A DNA stretch of 64,000 bases from Octopus vulgaris (Eukaryota): positions 54,436,001 through 54,500,000 of the forward strand of contig OX597831.1 in the NCBI GenBank assembly GCA_951406725.2, written 5' to 3'. Each line of letters begins with the position of its first letter. The stretch's first letter is position 1. The notes under the pieces are model-generated. The model searched no databases. It was not told the DNA's origin and saw only the letters and a list, made by a program, of their open reading frames with translations. Positions 10,561-22,907 of this stretch are shown piece by piece. A program made the position numbers and the translations under genes.

Positions 10561-11143
10561 GGGTAAAAGGGTAAAGACCCCCTTTGGTCATGAATGACCA
10601 TGGGATTGTATCCAGAAAGTTGAGGAATATTTGAACCCCAGCTCCCCTTCAGGGTTGGCGAAAGGAATGTGGTGGACAACGAAAAACCTATCTGATGACG
10701 GTCAAGGCTGATCTGGAACCCAACCTAGGTCCCCATATCTACAGCGTTTGCCGCTGGAATAAGGAGTGGTTGGAGATCACGCGGTCGTTAGCCTCAAATC
10801 GCCAGGCCTGGTCGGCGTTTGTGAGAGATGCAGCATTGAGGATGAATGAAGCTAGCTCAACCCACCCCGGGTGAATGCTGTAAGAAGAAGAAGAAGATCT
10901 AGAAAGTTACCTTCCGAGGCACAAGTTTGGGCAAGGTTGTTTATGGAAGACCAACAGTTGCCCATGCATACCGGCCTTCTCTATCCATGCCTCCAATTTT
11001 ATCTAAGGGAAAGGCAACAGGCTGAAACTGCTTGGCACCAGTAACTTTGCAACTCATTTCTACAGCTGAGTGAACTGGAGCAATGTGAAATAAAGTGTCT
11101 TGCTCCAGAACACTACACGCAGTATGATCCAGGAACTGAACTC
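10561..11143 (-). mobile_element. SINE-C-headed element with a different body and tail, interrupted by an RTE insertion
   Basis: 11060-11143 (CAGCTGAGTGAACTGGAGCAATGTGAAATAAAGTGTCTTGCTC) is homologous to the reverse complement of 10085-10160; the remainder differs. Confidence 0.7.
10622..10896 (+). mobile_element. 5'-truncated RTE LINE (second lineage), ORF C-terminus plus (AAG)n tail, with TSD
   Basis: PAPLQGWRKECGGQRKTYLMTVKADLEPNLGPHIYSVCRWNKEWLEITRSLASNRQAWSAFVRDAALRMNEASSTHPG*; tail (AAG)5; TSD ATCCAGAAAGTT (10610-10621) and ATCTAGAAAGTT (10897-10908). Confidence 0.85.
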
Positions 11144-11596
11144 AAAAATCAAACTTAAGAATAAACAATTGGCTATTTGATGTAAGACCATGATCATCTT
11201 TCAAAGTTCATCTTCTGAGCTGGCATGAATTGAACATTTCGACAGGATCTGATAGGGCCATAGTGCTTTAATATCTCCTTTTGCATGGCTTCTATGGCAG
11301 GATGCCTTCCTTGACTCTAACCACTTTACAGAGTGTACTGAGCACTTTTTTCCATAGCACCAGCACTAGTGGGACTGAATCTGGAACCATGTGGTTGGCA
11401 AGCAAGTTACTTACTACACAGCTACTCCTGCACCTTATTATGTAGGTTGGGAAGTAGGGTAAAATCCCAGCTTTTTCCTCTTGAAGTACATCTGATTATT
11501 TCATTATTACAATCCAGTATGCAGTTGGTGTCATTGTTGTATAGATGCAAGGTATACATTAAAGTTGAAAATTCTGGAAATATTGGTTTCAGATTT

Positions 11597-11788
11597 TGGC
11601 ACAAGGCCAGGGAAATTGGGGGCTTGGGTAAGTCGATTACATCGCCCCCCCCCCCCAGTAATCAACTGATACTTATTTTATCCACTCTGGAAGGACCTTA
11701 GTGGAATTTGAACTCAGAATATAAAGATGGATGAAAACTGCTAAGCATTTTGCCCGGTGTGCTAACGATTCTGCCAGCTTGTCGCCTT
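11597..11788 (-). mobile_element. SINE-D, tail type 1
   Basis: GGAATTTGAACTCAGAAT..GCTAAGCATTTTGCCCGGTGTGCTAACGATTCTGCCAGC. Confidence 0.8.
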
Positions 11789-11939
11789 AAATTCTGATAG
11801 GAAATTCCTTACATTTTTATCCAACATGTAAAACTCTATAATTCTTAGCAAATAAAACATGTGCAATTTTGAAGAAATAATACCAAAAAAAAAATTCCAG
11901 CTTCTGTTTTGTTATATATATATCTATATAAATATATGT

Positions 11940-12152
11940 GTGTCTGTGTCAGTGTTTGTTCCCCGCATCCGCTCGACAGCTGGTGTTTACATCTCTGTAA
12001 TATAGCAGTTTGGCAAAATTGACCGATAAAATAAGTACTAGGCTTAACAAGCAAAAAATAAGTACCGGGGTTGATCCATTCGACAAAAAATTATGTAAGT
12101 TGGTGCCCCGGCATGGCCGCACTCTAATGACTAAAACAAATAAAAAATAAAA
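11940..12152 (+). mobile_element. SINE-A 3' half
   Basis: GACCGATAAAATAAGTACTAGGC...GGTGCCCCGGCATGGCCGCACTCTAATGACTAAAACAAATAAA. Confidence 0.75.
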
Positions 12153-14026
12153 GATAACAGTGTAACAGTTCAACTGTTAGATTTTGGTTTCTCTGTTTAA
12201 TTGTATTGTATTTCTGGTGACAATACATTCTATTGTACTTCAGTTCACCAAGCTATGTAGGATGGGCACTGAGCGTCCTGCGAATGTGACCAAAAGACTT
12301 GCTGTTTATCCATTAGAAGCTATCTTTCATTCGTTAGATGCAACGGGTTTCGAAGCTATATAGAACAAACTTCTGTGTTTTATGAAGACATCACAGCTAT
12401 TATAGAGTAGCTTTAATCAGACTGAGTAAATTAGGTAAATTAGCTATCAGATACACAGGCGCATCTTGTCGTATAAGTAGGATGAGTTTGTAGAGCACGA
12501 ACATATAAAATAACGTAAACATAACAAAACAATTGTCATACAAAAACAAGACGGAAACAACAGTCAAAAGCGAAAACAAAACAAAAATAAACTTTTTAAA
12601 ACTCTTGTAATTAGGAAGAAAACGTTTTAATATGTAATGTATAAGAATTTAAACTATTTTTCTGGCATGGATCAAGTTAGAGGATGTGACAAGCCCATAG
12701 CCAGAGAAATAGTAAACTTTATTTTTTAAAACGACATACTGAAATGTTGATTAATTGGTTTAAGAGATAAGTAAATTTCCATCTCCGAATTTGTCATTGA
12801 TTACAGATAGGATTTCTGTTTCGTTGAAAATGTAACACAAAATCTTATCGTGCATACTAATGTTCATATGTCAAATGTGAACATTCGATTGAATAGATAA
12901 CATTATAGATTACTTTTTGATAGCATATTTTTCGTAAGAATACAAGATTTCAGAGTGGTACGCTTAAATCTTTTGGGCTAACTGTATTATAACGTAAAAT
13001 ACCCATAAACAAATCGTTGCATAATCATCAATATTTTAATATATTCAGTTCTTGCGAACGTGGAATAAATAGGAGAATGGGTTTAAGAAGAATAGAGTTG
13101 TTTCCCTTGTTACACCCACACGCACGATGTTAGTATTACGGATTATCATCGCTAGGAATTTCCCGTGATACGCATGCGCTACTTCAATAAAATCAGGCAA
13201 TGTGGCGGCAGCTGATATTGCTGCTGGCTGAACTAAGTAATACTGCTACATCATTGGCTTTACCTAGTACTGCTGCTACTAGCATTACTGTATCTCTATC
13301 ACAACAACTAGTAGCACCCGGCATTGTGGCCTGTAGATTCCCACTACAATGGAGACAGCAAATGGATGAAGGAACAAGGGTGTTGCTGTCATGAATGTAC
13401 CACGAAAGCACAACGGAAAGTGCCTATTATTCAATACTGCCTCTCTATAACACTTCAATTGACACTCCCTGTCGGATATTGCACGCCATTGATGCTATCA
13501 TTACAATCATACAGAATAACTGAAGTGGTACCACATTACCTAATGAGATGTTCCTATTCTAAACCGTGTTTCTATCGTGCAGTTTCTCGTTAGAATAGAT
13601 AACATCTCACCTAACGGATTATTAATTGCCTCAGTTGGTGTGTCGATTTATCAACCAAATCGGATGTTCCTTTTCTCATTTTCTTGTAATTATCATTAGA
13701 ATATGACTAGTCAAAAAGCACTATCAACATTAGTTGCATCATAACTACCTTATTAGTGTTTTATGTATATATATATGTTTAGAACACCCTCTGTTTTGTT
13801 TGTGGGGCAAATAGTGGCTACTTAATAATCAGACTCTATGTTTATAGCAGGTGGTAATTAAGTATTGTATTTCCTAATTGAAATTGAATTATTATAAACT
13901 TGCTAATATATATCGATATATATATATATGTATATATAAGTGTATATATATATTAAAAAAAAGAAAAAAAAACTAGCGTTTCATTGAACGAGCGAAGAAC
14001 ACGGAGACAGGTATAATTAAGTTTCC

Positions 14027-14036
14027 ACCGGAAGTG
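14027..14036 (+). promoter_or_regulatory. Consensus ETS (GABP/ELK-type) site about 140 nt upstream of the ATG
   Basis: Exact ACCGGAAGTG. Confidence 0.6.
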
Positions 14037-14171
14037 GAGGAGGGAGATTCGTGTCTTATCGTTTATGATTCTTCGGAGTAGATTTCATAATTCAACTATT
14101 TATAAAAGTGAAACTGGTTTTGGATCTGTATATGTGCTGTAGCTGGTCACCGCCGACCAACTTCCTTCAAC

Positions 14172-14565
14172 ATGGCGACGGAAGTGAAGGATGTGCTTGC
14201 GACTGCTAGCTCCAACACCACTAAGGCTTCCTCTACCACTAAAGACACTTCCCCTACGATGGTGACACCCAACACTCTCGAAAACACTTCTGTATCAGTT
14301 GTGTCTACCTCTAGTGCCCCCAATACTGCTGGGATGAGCGCCTCGAATCCTAGTAGTCCCAATATACCTGAAGTGCCAACAGAAGGAAATGGTGGTAGTA
14401 GCCAGCCACAGCAAAATACAACACAGCAACAAACAGCATCTCAACAGACAGGATTATTACAAACTAGTGATACCAAAACACCTACAGGTAGTGTACCACC
14501 ACCTTCAACAACTTCCATATCCAGCAGTTCTCAAACCACTACCAGTCCTGTCGGTGCAGGCGCCG
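14172..14565 (+). CDS. First coding exon of an unidentified host gene; Ser/Thr/Gln/Pro-rich, probably disordered N-terminus (131 codons + 1 nt, phase-1 intron)
   Basis: Strong Kozak CAACATGGCG; open frame MATEVKDVLATASSNTTK...SPVGAGA with higher GC than the flanks; canonical donor CCG|GTAAGT at 14565/14566 followed by an abrupt shift to AT-rich sequence. Confidence 0.85.
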
Positions 14566-16982
14566 GTAAGTACAAGGCTTTCAGTCCTTAGATCCTTTAT
14601 ATGTAATTAAAGGAGAACAAACATGCTTGTCTATTATTATAATTATAATAATAATTATTATTATTATTGTTGTTGGGATAATAAAGCAAAAGGCATAATT
14701 TGTCAAGTAGACTCCACATGTTTTTCACATGCGAAAATATTTAATCCAGCTATTCTGTGATTCATTTCCAGTGACTAAGTTCCGCACCCTGTAAAGAAAA
14801 TCTTTTGTGAGACCTTCTTCGTGTAGGCTATTTGTTTGTCTATTGTATAAAATAAACATTTTACACTTATGAAACTACTTGATGAAATGCCAATAAATAC
14901 GCCGATCTTATCTAAATCTTCAGCAACATTTACTGTTTCGTTGTAAACTTCTGTTTTCTAAAGACTTGGGTTTCAAAAATAAACGTAATCCACATCACTA
15001 GGTTATTTCAAAAGCTAAATTATACATTTGTTGGGGTAAATGTATACACTTCCGAGTGCTGTAAAAGAAAATAAATTACTCCAACTTCTATTTGGCCAGA
15101 TTTAGCAATAATTATGCGTGAAATGGGGTGAGTAGGATTCTTGCTATGTATAATAGTAATTAGTGAATCAGTGTCTGGAATTTTTGTTAAACCACAATGT
15201 CCCTCAAGATTTTACCCCATCTGTGTTTAATTTGTTTTTGTTGAACCCGTATGGTCGTGACACATGTGTTGCCAAGTAAAATGTTTCAAATGTATGTTGT
15301 GGTCCCCTTGACGAATCCTTCTGTATGGTCACAGGCTTGTTCCTTCTTAATAAAGAAATACACAACATTTAATTGATCGATGCTGAGAAAGTAAACTCGT
15401 AACGGTTAAATATATGTGTGTACGTTGGCTATTCCAGAATATTACTGAGTTGATCAAGCATTTGTTCCATTGAAGGAAAATCCTAGACTTCCATTCGCCG
15501 ACTATTGTCATTTCCTCGAAGCTCACATTGAGGCTATGACAACCTTTCCTCGCGATGGTGGGAAGCAAATAAATAAGTAAATAAAAAAAAAATCATATGT
15601 GGCTGGGTTTTTATCCTACTTAGCAAAATGGGTATTTCGTTGCCATTACACGTACATTGAACATCGACAAAATTGCTGTAGTCTAAAAATTCTACAAAAA
15701 CATTGTGTCTTCGGCGATTGTCTTTCACTAGTTGCTGAACTAAATGGTCAGATGATAAAGAGAAGAGCTTCACGCCCTCCTCCTCAGCAATGTGGTCTTT
15801 TTATTTTCGACCGATTTCGATCACCTGATATTTCTTATTCACTTCTTTTAATTAGGACATGAATATTTTTCAAGATTTTTCCCCCCTTCTTCTACGCTTA
15901 CAAAATAACGTAATAATAAATATAGAGAAATACAGAAGAAACATTGTTTCTTTCATACTTTTCATTGTGTATTTGAAATAATCGCTATGGTCAGAATATA
16001 TATACCACCCATTTATTTCGTGTTATTGCTCTATCTGGTTGGCATTAAAGTTAACTGGCTTTCTTTGCTAAACTTAGTTTGAAACAAAATCGTCAAACAT
16101 AAAAATTATTTTAGCTGTGTTGTCGATTGTGTAATAATTAATTGCAGCATGTTTGATTCGCTGTCTGACTAGGTTAATGTATAAATATTAATATATGATT
16201 CCCCCCTGAAAGGAAATCAAGTTTTATTTTGAACATATTTTGAATAACTTATCTATCTAACGAACCCCTTAAGACGAATATGTTAATTTGTTGATTTAGC
16301 ATCAGTAGTTGTCGCCTGTGATCATTTTCCATTCTTTAGTCACATTGTCTATTGTTGCTGGTCAACTACTTGTATGCTATTTTAGCTCATGTATAATTGA
16401 CACATTTGTAAACCAAAGGTCATTCTTGTGGTAGCTAGTGACTGCTACAAAATAACCTTTGTCTTGACATAAGACATTGGGTTAAGTTTTTAAGATAACT
16501 TGCTTAGTTAATGAGCAGTAAAAAAAATATTTGATTGAGAGCTGCTGATTTTTACTCTATGAACAGCCATGTTTGCATGATTAAAATAATTATTCCAAGT
16601 TAATTTTAATTTGTTTATCAAAAGTCGGTTGCCTCCCCCCATTTCCCTACTTCATAAAAAGTAACGACGAGGAATTTTTTTTAAAGGTTTTTTGAAATAG
16701 ACTTTTTCAAAGAAATTCTTGATTCGGTATTCTTCGTTTTCTTCCAACTTCTGAAAGCATATCTTGTTTCAGTTCTATTCCATCCACACGGTCGATCCTT
16801 GGTTCAACCAACTTTGTCAGTGCTATGGAATTTTATAAATTACTATAAGGTTCTCAGTCTTTGTGCCAAAATCTTACGTAATAAAATATGAGATTGTAAA
16901 TCCATTTAATTCCTCTAGTACTTCCAATTCTTATATTTTCGTGGAAACATGAATGTTTAAATATTGTATCAGGTCATAATTT

Positions 16983-17013
<31 letters not shown>

Positions 17014-18494
17014 GCAACATTGAAAAATACCCATTTGTTTGGTTCAGCATTTAGATTTAATTTTTTTTTTATATTTGAGCTTCGTGCAAAGATATTCATT
17101 TATTTTTTTTTGTTGGGGGAAGTCGAGTCGGTATCAGAGTGGGTAAAAACTAACCTTTGTTAGAAAACATCATAGGAATGATCTAGTCAAAATCTTAAAG
17201 ATTTGGTTGGTGATAAGATATGTAAGAGTGAATTTCCATGGAGAAATTATGAAAATGTGTTTTGGTCAATATCTAGGAGGTGATTAATTCAAATCTACTT
17301 CTCTGACTTCGGAGTTTGCCAGACAGCTTTGCATTAGCAAATTTTGGGGATATTCTTTGAATAAGTTGTTCATTATGTGCAGGTGTTTCCTTTTACTATT
17401 ATTATTATTTTTCCTTAGTAAACACTTATTCTTCTCTGCCAATTATGCTGACTCCCAATTTGATGTTTTCAATCAGTTTTTACCATTTAAAGTTCTGTAC
17501 AATAAAGGCAAGCTGCAGGATGGTTATGTCCACATTGTTATTTCAATACCAAATTGAAGCCGTTTCACTGCATCTCTTTGCTAATGTCCTTGAGAAACGT
17601 ATAAACCAGGAGAATCCTATTTTCTGCTTTCTTATTCATTTAACACCTCAATATTGAGCAATAACCAACTGCAGTTTTATCTGTCTTTAATTTTCCTGTT
17701 AACCATTTTCCACATTGGTCTTAATACTTGGCTCCTCTGTTGAGTCTATTATATGCAGATGCTCTTTGTTACTTTCATATTTCTTACCAATGTCACAGTG
17801 ACATTTTCAAATCTTTCATGTATTTGTCATTGAGGGCAAATGTGCACATGTCATTTTGAAATGACTCCTCTCTACTGTTGTTTTGATTTGTCTAGATACT
17901 GTTGTGTAACTCAAAGCACTTTGTTTTTCATTCTCTCAATGCAGAACATTGGCAAATTTCCTAAGTTTTGCATATCTCTCTCTCTGCTCTGTAAACCTTA
18001 CAATAAGCTTTTTTTCTTTGTCGCCTGTTATTTTCCTTCCACTTTCTACCAAACCTGTTACTTCTTTCAGTCTTACCTATTACATTTCTGTTGTCTGATT
18101 AGGGGCTTGAGCTTGTATCACAATTAGTTAGTGATTGACACTGAATCTCTTAGGAATATCTAGTGTTTTTGACTCTGTATATTCATTGAATTTCATTGGC
18201 GCTACACAGACATTTTTCAGATTCTGCACTCCACCTTTTGCTTGTTGAGTTCTTGTCTTTATCTTGGTTTCCAATGTAAATTCATTACCAACTAATCTAT
18301 GTTGGAGAGCAAATTTATCACCAAGAGTTAACTGAAAATTAAATAAATTTCCATGCCTCTTTTCCTGGTCAGAACAAAGTAATTGCAGCTATGAGTACAC
18401 TACCTGTCTAGTAGATAGCCTGTTGGATTAATGGCTTGCTGGTTTTCTGAAATTTGTGTTATATACCAAAAAATCATTCACTTCATTTGTGCAA

Positions 18495-18881
18495 GTGTGG
18501 CTGTGTGGTAAGAAGTTTACTTCACAACCACATGGTTTTGGGTTCACTCTTGCTGCATGACACCTTGGGCAAGTGTTTACTATAACCCCAAGCCAACCAA
18601 AGCCTTGTGAGTGGATTTGGTAGATGGAAACCGAAAGAAGCCTGTCATATGTATGAGTGAGTCTGTTATTGTCTTCTTGTCCTGACATCACATGGTAATT
18701 ATAAGCAAATATCACCATCATGTCAGTGCCCATCATTTCCAATCTTCCATAAAAACATGTCTGGTCATTTGGAATGGGTGTGGGTTGGCAACAAGAAGGG
18801 CATCTGGCTGCAGAAATTCCACCTCAAATTTCATGTGACCCATGCTAATATGCAAAAATGGATTTTAAAACTGATGATGAT
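18495..18881 (+). mobile_element. SINE-A' (SINE-A head joined to an RTE-type (GAT)n tail)
   Basis: Head GTGGCTGTGTGGTAAGAAG..., tail GGTTGGCAACAAGAAGGGCATCTGGCTG...ACCCATGCTAATATG...TGATGATGAT; more copies at 22925-23495(-), 28121-28522, 32760-33100, 38165-38345, 53685-54035(-), 58775-59080(-) and 59580-59960(-). Confidence 0.8.
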
Positions 18882-20274
18882 AATGAACTTTAATATTATG
18901 ATCCTGTTTTGTTTTATGGACATGGGTTTCATTTCATGGTATTAAAAAAAAATATTGGGTTACTTCTCAGGAAAGATCTACAAGACTATTAGGTTGATTT
19001 TAATCAATACTTATTAAATTATAATCTGAGCTTCACTTATATGTATTCTTATGTTTAATAAATCTATTATTCTCAGATAACACACAACCCTAATATTAAC
19101 ATGAAACAAGAGTATAAAATTCTTTAACAAAAGGTAGTGAAAATGCCCTTATCTACTTAGCTATTGGTACACGTATATACACGCACTAGTGATTTGTTAC
19201 GTTTGGCTTAGAAAGGTCTTTAGTTTGAATCCTGTCTGGAACCACATTTCCATTCCGGAATATGATACTTAGTAATGAAGGAATACTGAACTGATCAAAG
19301 CATAGTGTACAGATAAATCATCATTTAACGTCCATTTTTCCATGCTGGCATGGTTTGGATGGTTTAACAGGAGCTGATAAGGACAGGGGCCACACCAAAC
19401 TACATTGCCTATTTTGGTATGGCTTCTATGGTTAGATGCCCTTCCTAATACCAATCACTTCACAGTGTTCTGGGTGCTTTTTACAGCCATGGCACCAACA
19501 TTGACAGGGTCACCATTTTTTAAAAATATACACTCTAATGATGGAGTTAAAAGTTCCCAGAAAAAATTTCATCTTAATAACTACTCATCTCAGTCCTGTT
19601 TATTTAAAGAAGTATAAGTTGGTTTGCTCTTATTTCAATCTCATTGGTCATTAGAAAATATTTACATTTATTAAAAGTTCAAGTCTCATAAATTAAGTAT
19701 CCATAAAACCAGAACTAAATTCGTTTTGTATTGCATTAAGTGGATGAGAAGTGTATCTCCTTAATAAGAGAGCAACTTTCTGAAAAGATCCTGGAATCTA
19801 ATCCCACAGCTCAGTAAAGTACCATATTAAAAAGCAAATACATGTTGCTGCAGATATGTATTCTTTTCAACTGTTCATCAGGCTGGAAAGAACCTTCATA
19901 TAAGTCAGGTATGTTGGCTCTCTTATTAGATGGAGAGCCCATCACCTGTGCATGTATACACACACACACTGATGCTTCCTACATTGTGATTAACATTTTT
20001 CATTACCATAATATCTATTATCATTGCTCTTTGAAGTTGTTCAAGTAGCTGCAGGCATGGTGAAATAGTCAACAAGTTTGTTTCACAACCACCTGGTTCC
20101 AGGTTTGATACAATGGCACAGCACCTTAAGCAAGTGTCTTCTGTGATATCCTTGAGTTGACCAATGACATGTGAGTGAAATCTGGCTGACGGAAACTATA
20201 TGAAAGTTTACTGTGTGCATCTGCATGCATGTGTATGTGTGTGTGTGTGTATATATATATATGTGTGTGTGTGT

Positions 20275-20540
20275 GGAGATGCAATGGCCCAGTGGTTCGA
20301 GCAGCGGACTCGCGGTTGTAGGATCGCAGTTTCGATTCCCAGACCGGGTGTAAAAGCTCCCTGAGGCTCCCGCAGTGGGTGGTGGCAATCCCTGCTGTAC
20401 TCGTTTGCCACAACTTTCTCTCTTTCTTTTCTTGGCCTGCTTGCTTAGCCAGCAGGGCGGCGTCATATGAAGGCTATAACAATGTGAAGTGCATTGTGAC
20501 CAGCGATGTGTAGCAACATCTGATAGCCTGGTTGGTCACG

Positions 20541-20544
<4 letters not shown>
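20275..20544 (+). mobile_element. SINE-B, near full length, inserted in a microsatellite behind a SINE-A head (20050-20205)
   Basis: Collinear with 2031-2341 apart from a short internal deletion; B box GTTTCGATTCC. Confidence 0.88.
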
Positions 20545-20577
<33 letters not shown>

Positions 20578-22058
20578 CATATTTATTATATACATACATA
20601 CACAATGTGTATGTCTTTTGAAGAAATATATTGGCGAAGAATGTAAAACCAGAGTACTTTGAAATTATTGTCACTGTTTCATAACATTTTAGACTCGTGC
20701 CCTGGCATAGGCTGGACAGGTTGTTGCATTCCAAGTCAATCCTTCTCACTAGTTATTGTCCCCTTAGGTAGCTGGGGTTAGGTCAGAGAACCCATATTTC
20801 ACTATGTTAAGTTTTTGGCTTGGTTTCTCCAGCCAGATTCTCTTGCTATCACCAACTGTTTTACAGTGTTTTGGATGCATTTGATCATGGTTCCATCACT
20901 AATAAGGTTGCCTTGTACGCCATAAGATTGAATATCCCTCATTAATCTGTGTTAATTCATTAAAGGCAATATGACTGTAAAGGTGGATAGAAGAGAGAGT
21001 GACACCTAACAAAGAACATGTATGTGAAGGTTGAGAGAGCAAGAGCCTGATGGTAGGAACAGTGATTGGAGTAAGAGGGTAAAGTGGGAGAGAATAATAA
21101 CCTCAGTGGGTAGATGTGTAATTGATGAATGTCAGTAACAAGTAGTCCAAGAAAGAAAAGATGGTAGAGTGTGTGGTGTGCAGTCAGATCCATTGCAATC
21201 TCTCATACACAGGCTTCATGACGTGTGGTGATGGTGAGTTTGAAATAAAGGTAGGTTCCAAACTATCATTCCTTATTACACTGGTGACATGGTACAGTAA
21301 ATGAAAGAGAAGTGGGTCTCTTAGATGAAATTTATTCAAATGCACTGACATCTGTGATATTTGTTCTTAACCAAGTTGTACAGATGCTCCCTTGCCACTT
21401 GTTGATAGAAATACTGTGATTGGCCTGTTGGAAATCCTGAACCAGCAATACACCAAATGTAATATGAAATAAATAGGTGCCTAATAAGATAAGTTATTCA
21501 AGTTTCTCAGTACTATTTTAAGCAGTTCTAGTATCTCTCTCTGAAGAAGAACTTTGTTCAAAGCATCAATACCGGTTTCCTTGTTAGCAGACAAACTTAT
21601 CCACTTCACAAACAAATTTTATAACATGTTTTGCATATGTTAACCACTACTAGTTACTTCTAATTTCACTTTTTATTTCTTTGTAGATTTGCTTGTTTTG
21701 CTTATCTGTTAATCCTACTTGTGTAACAATTGTAGAGATTATAATGGATACCATACTGTCTGTTTCATGGCTAACGTTTTATTACTCACCCTTGCTACTT
21801 TGGTGATATTAGCCACTTCTCCACTGAGACTACATATATTCCACAAGAACAAGAATCTTCCCCAACCGAAACTTCTTTCTTATGATATCTCCCTCCTGGA
21901 CTACTTCATTTTAGTTTTACACCCATCATACTCTATTTGCTTACACTTTATCTACTACTTTATTACCTTGCATCTACTTTTCATCAGCTATTGATACTGG
22001 CTAACCTCATCTATATCTATATCAATCCATCCATCTATCTAATATATATATAATATAT

Positions 22059-22907
22059 GAAGTAGTGAGGGCTGATCTCAAGATGCTGGGCTTCAAGGAA
22101 GAGATGACAATGAGCCAAGATGTCTGGCAGTGTGCAGTATGAGGCTATAGAGAAGACCTGCCCACCTCAGCGAAACTGAGTTCTGGAAGTACTGTGTATT
22201 CCACCCACATTTAACACTAATTCATACACTCTACCCCAGTGAATCAAGCTATATCTCTTCATGCATTATGCTTATCTCTCCCTCTCCACTTCTGCAGCCT
22301 AACACTGCTCTGTCATCTCTCTCCCTTCTGTCCTTCCCTTACTGTATCATTGCTATCCTGTCACTCACTCCCTTTATATACCTCTGTTTCATCTCTCACT
22401 GTTATCTCCATTTTCCTTTCCTTCTCCCCCTTTTGCACTTTTGTGAACTCCCTACTCAATCGCCATGGGGAATCCTCTACCATTCCATTTATATTCACAT
22501 CCTTGTACCTTGAGAGTATGCCCTAACACATTGCCACCTTCTCTCTCACTCTATCTCTCTGACTGAGGTAACCTTCTATCTCTTCTACAAGACACCTGTT
22601 TCTGACCCTCTGTCATACCTCTCATTACCCAGCTTAAGGCCACCTCCATCAATACTTCTCCTCGGCTCAATTGGGGGATTTTCATCTTGCAAGTTATTTG
22701 GTTACCTCACTGGTGCAACAGCCCATGTAAAAAAGCACCCAGTTCACTCTGTAAAGTGCTTGGTTTTAGGAAGGGCATCCAGCCGTAAAAACCATGCCAA
22801 GGCAGACAGTAGAGCTTGGCACAGTCCTGTGACTTACCTGCTCTTGTCAGACTTCCTACCCATACCGGCACGGAAGACAGACATTATGATGATGATGATG
22901 ATGATGA
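22059..22907 (+). mobile_element. RTE LINE 3' end: ORF C-terminus, long pyrimidine-rich 3' UTR and (GAT)n tail
   Basis: EVVRADLKMLGFKEEMTMSQDVWQCAV at 22059-22139, then CT-rich UTR, then AGGAAGGGCATCCAGCCGTA...(GAT)n. Confidence 0.78.

Larger units (their letters stand above)
12200..17300. promoter_or_regulatory. Transposon-free, CpG-retaining promoter and first-exon island
   Basis: About 5 kb with no recognisable SINE/LINE and visibly frequent CG compared with the flanks; contains NRF1-like CGCATGCG (13171-13178), DRE-like TATCGATA (13911-13918), ETS site ACCGGAAGTG (14027-14036) and YY1-like AACATGGCG over the start codon. Confidence 0.65.

Noticed and set aside
14566-14591. ORF-track extension of the exon to a stop at 14591 (139-aa single-exon protein)
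   Set aside because: A perfect GTAAGT donor at 14566 and the compositional shift indicate read-through into the intron
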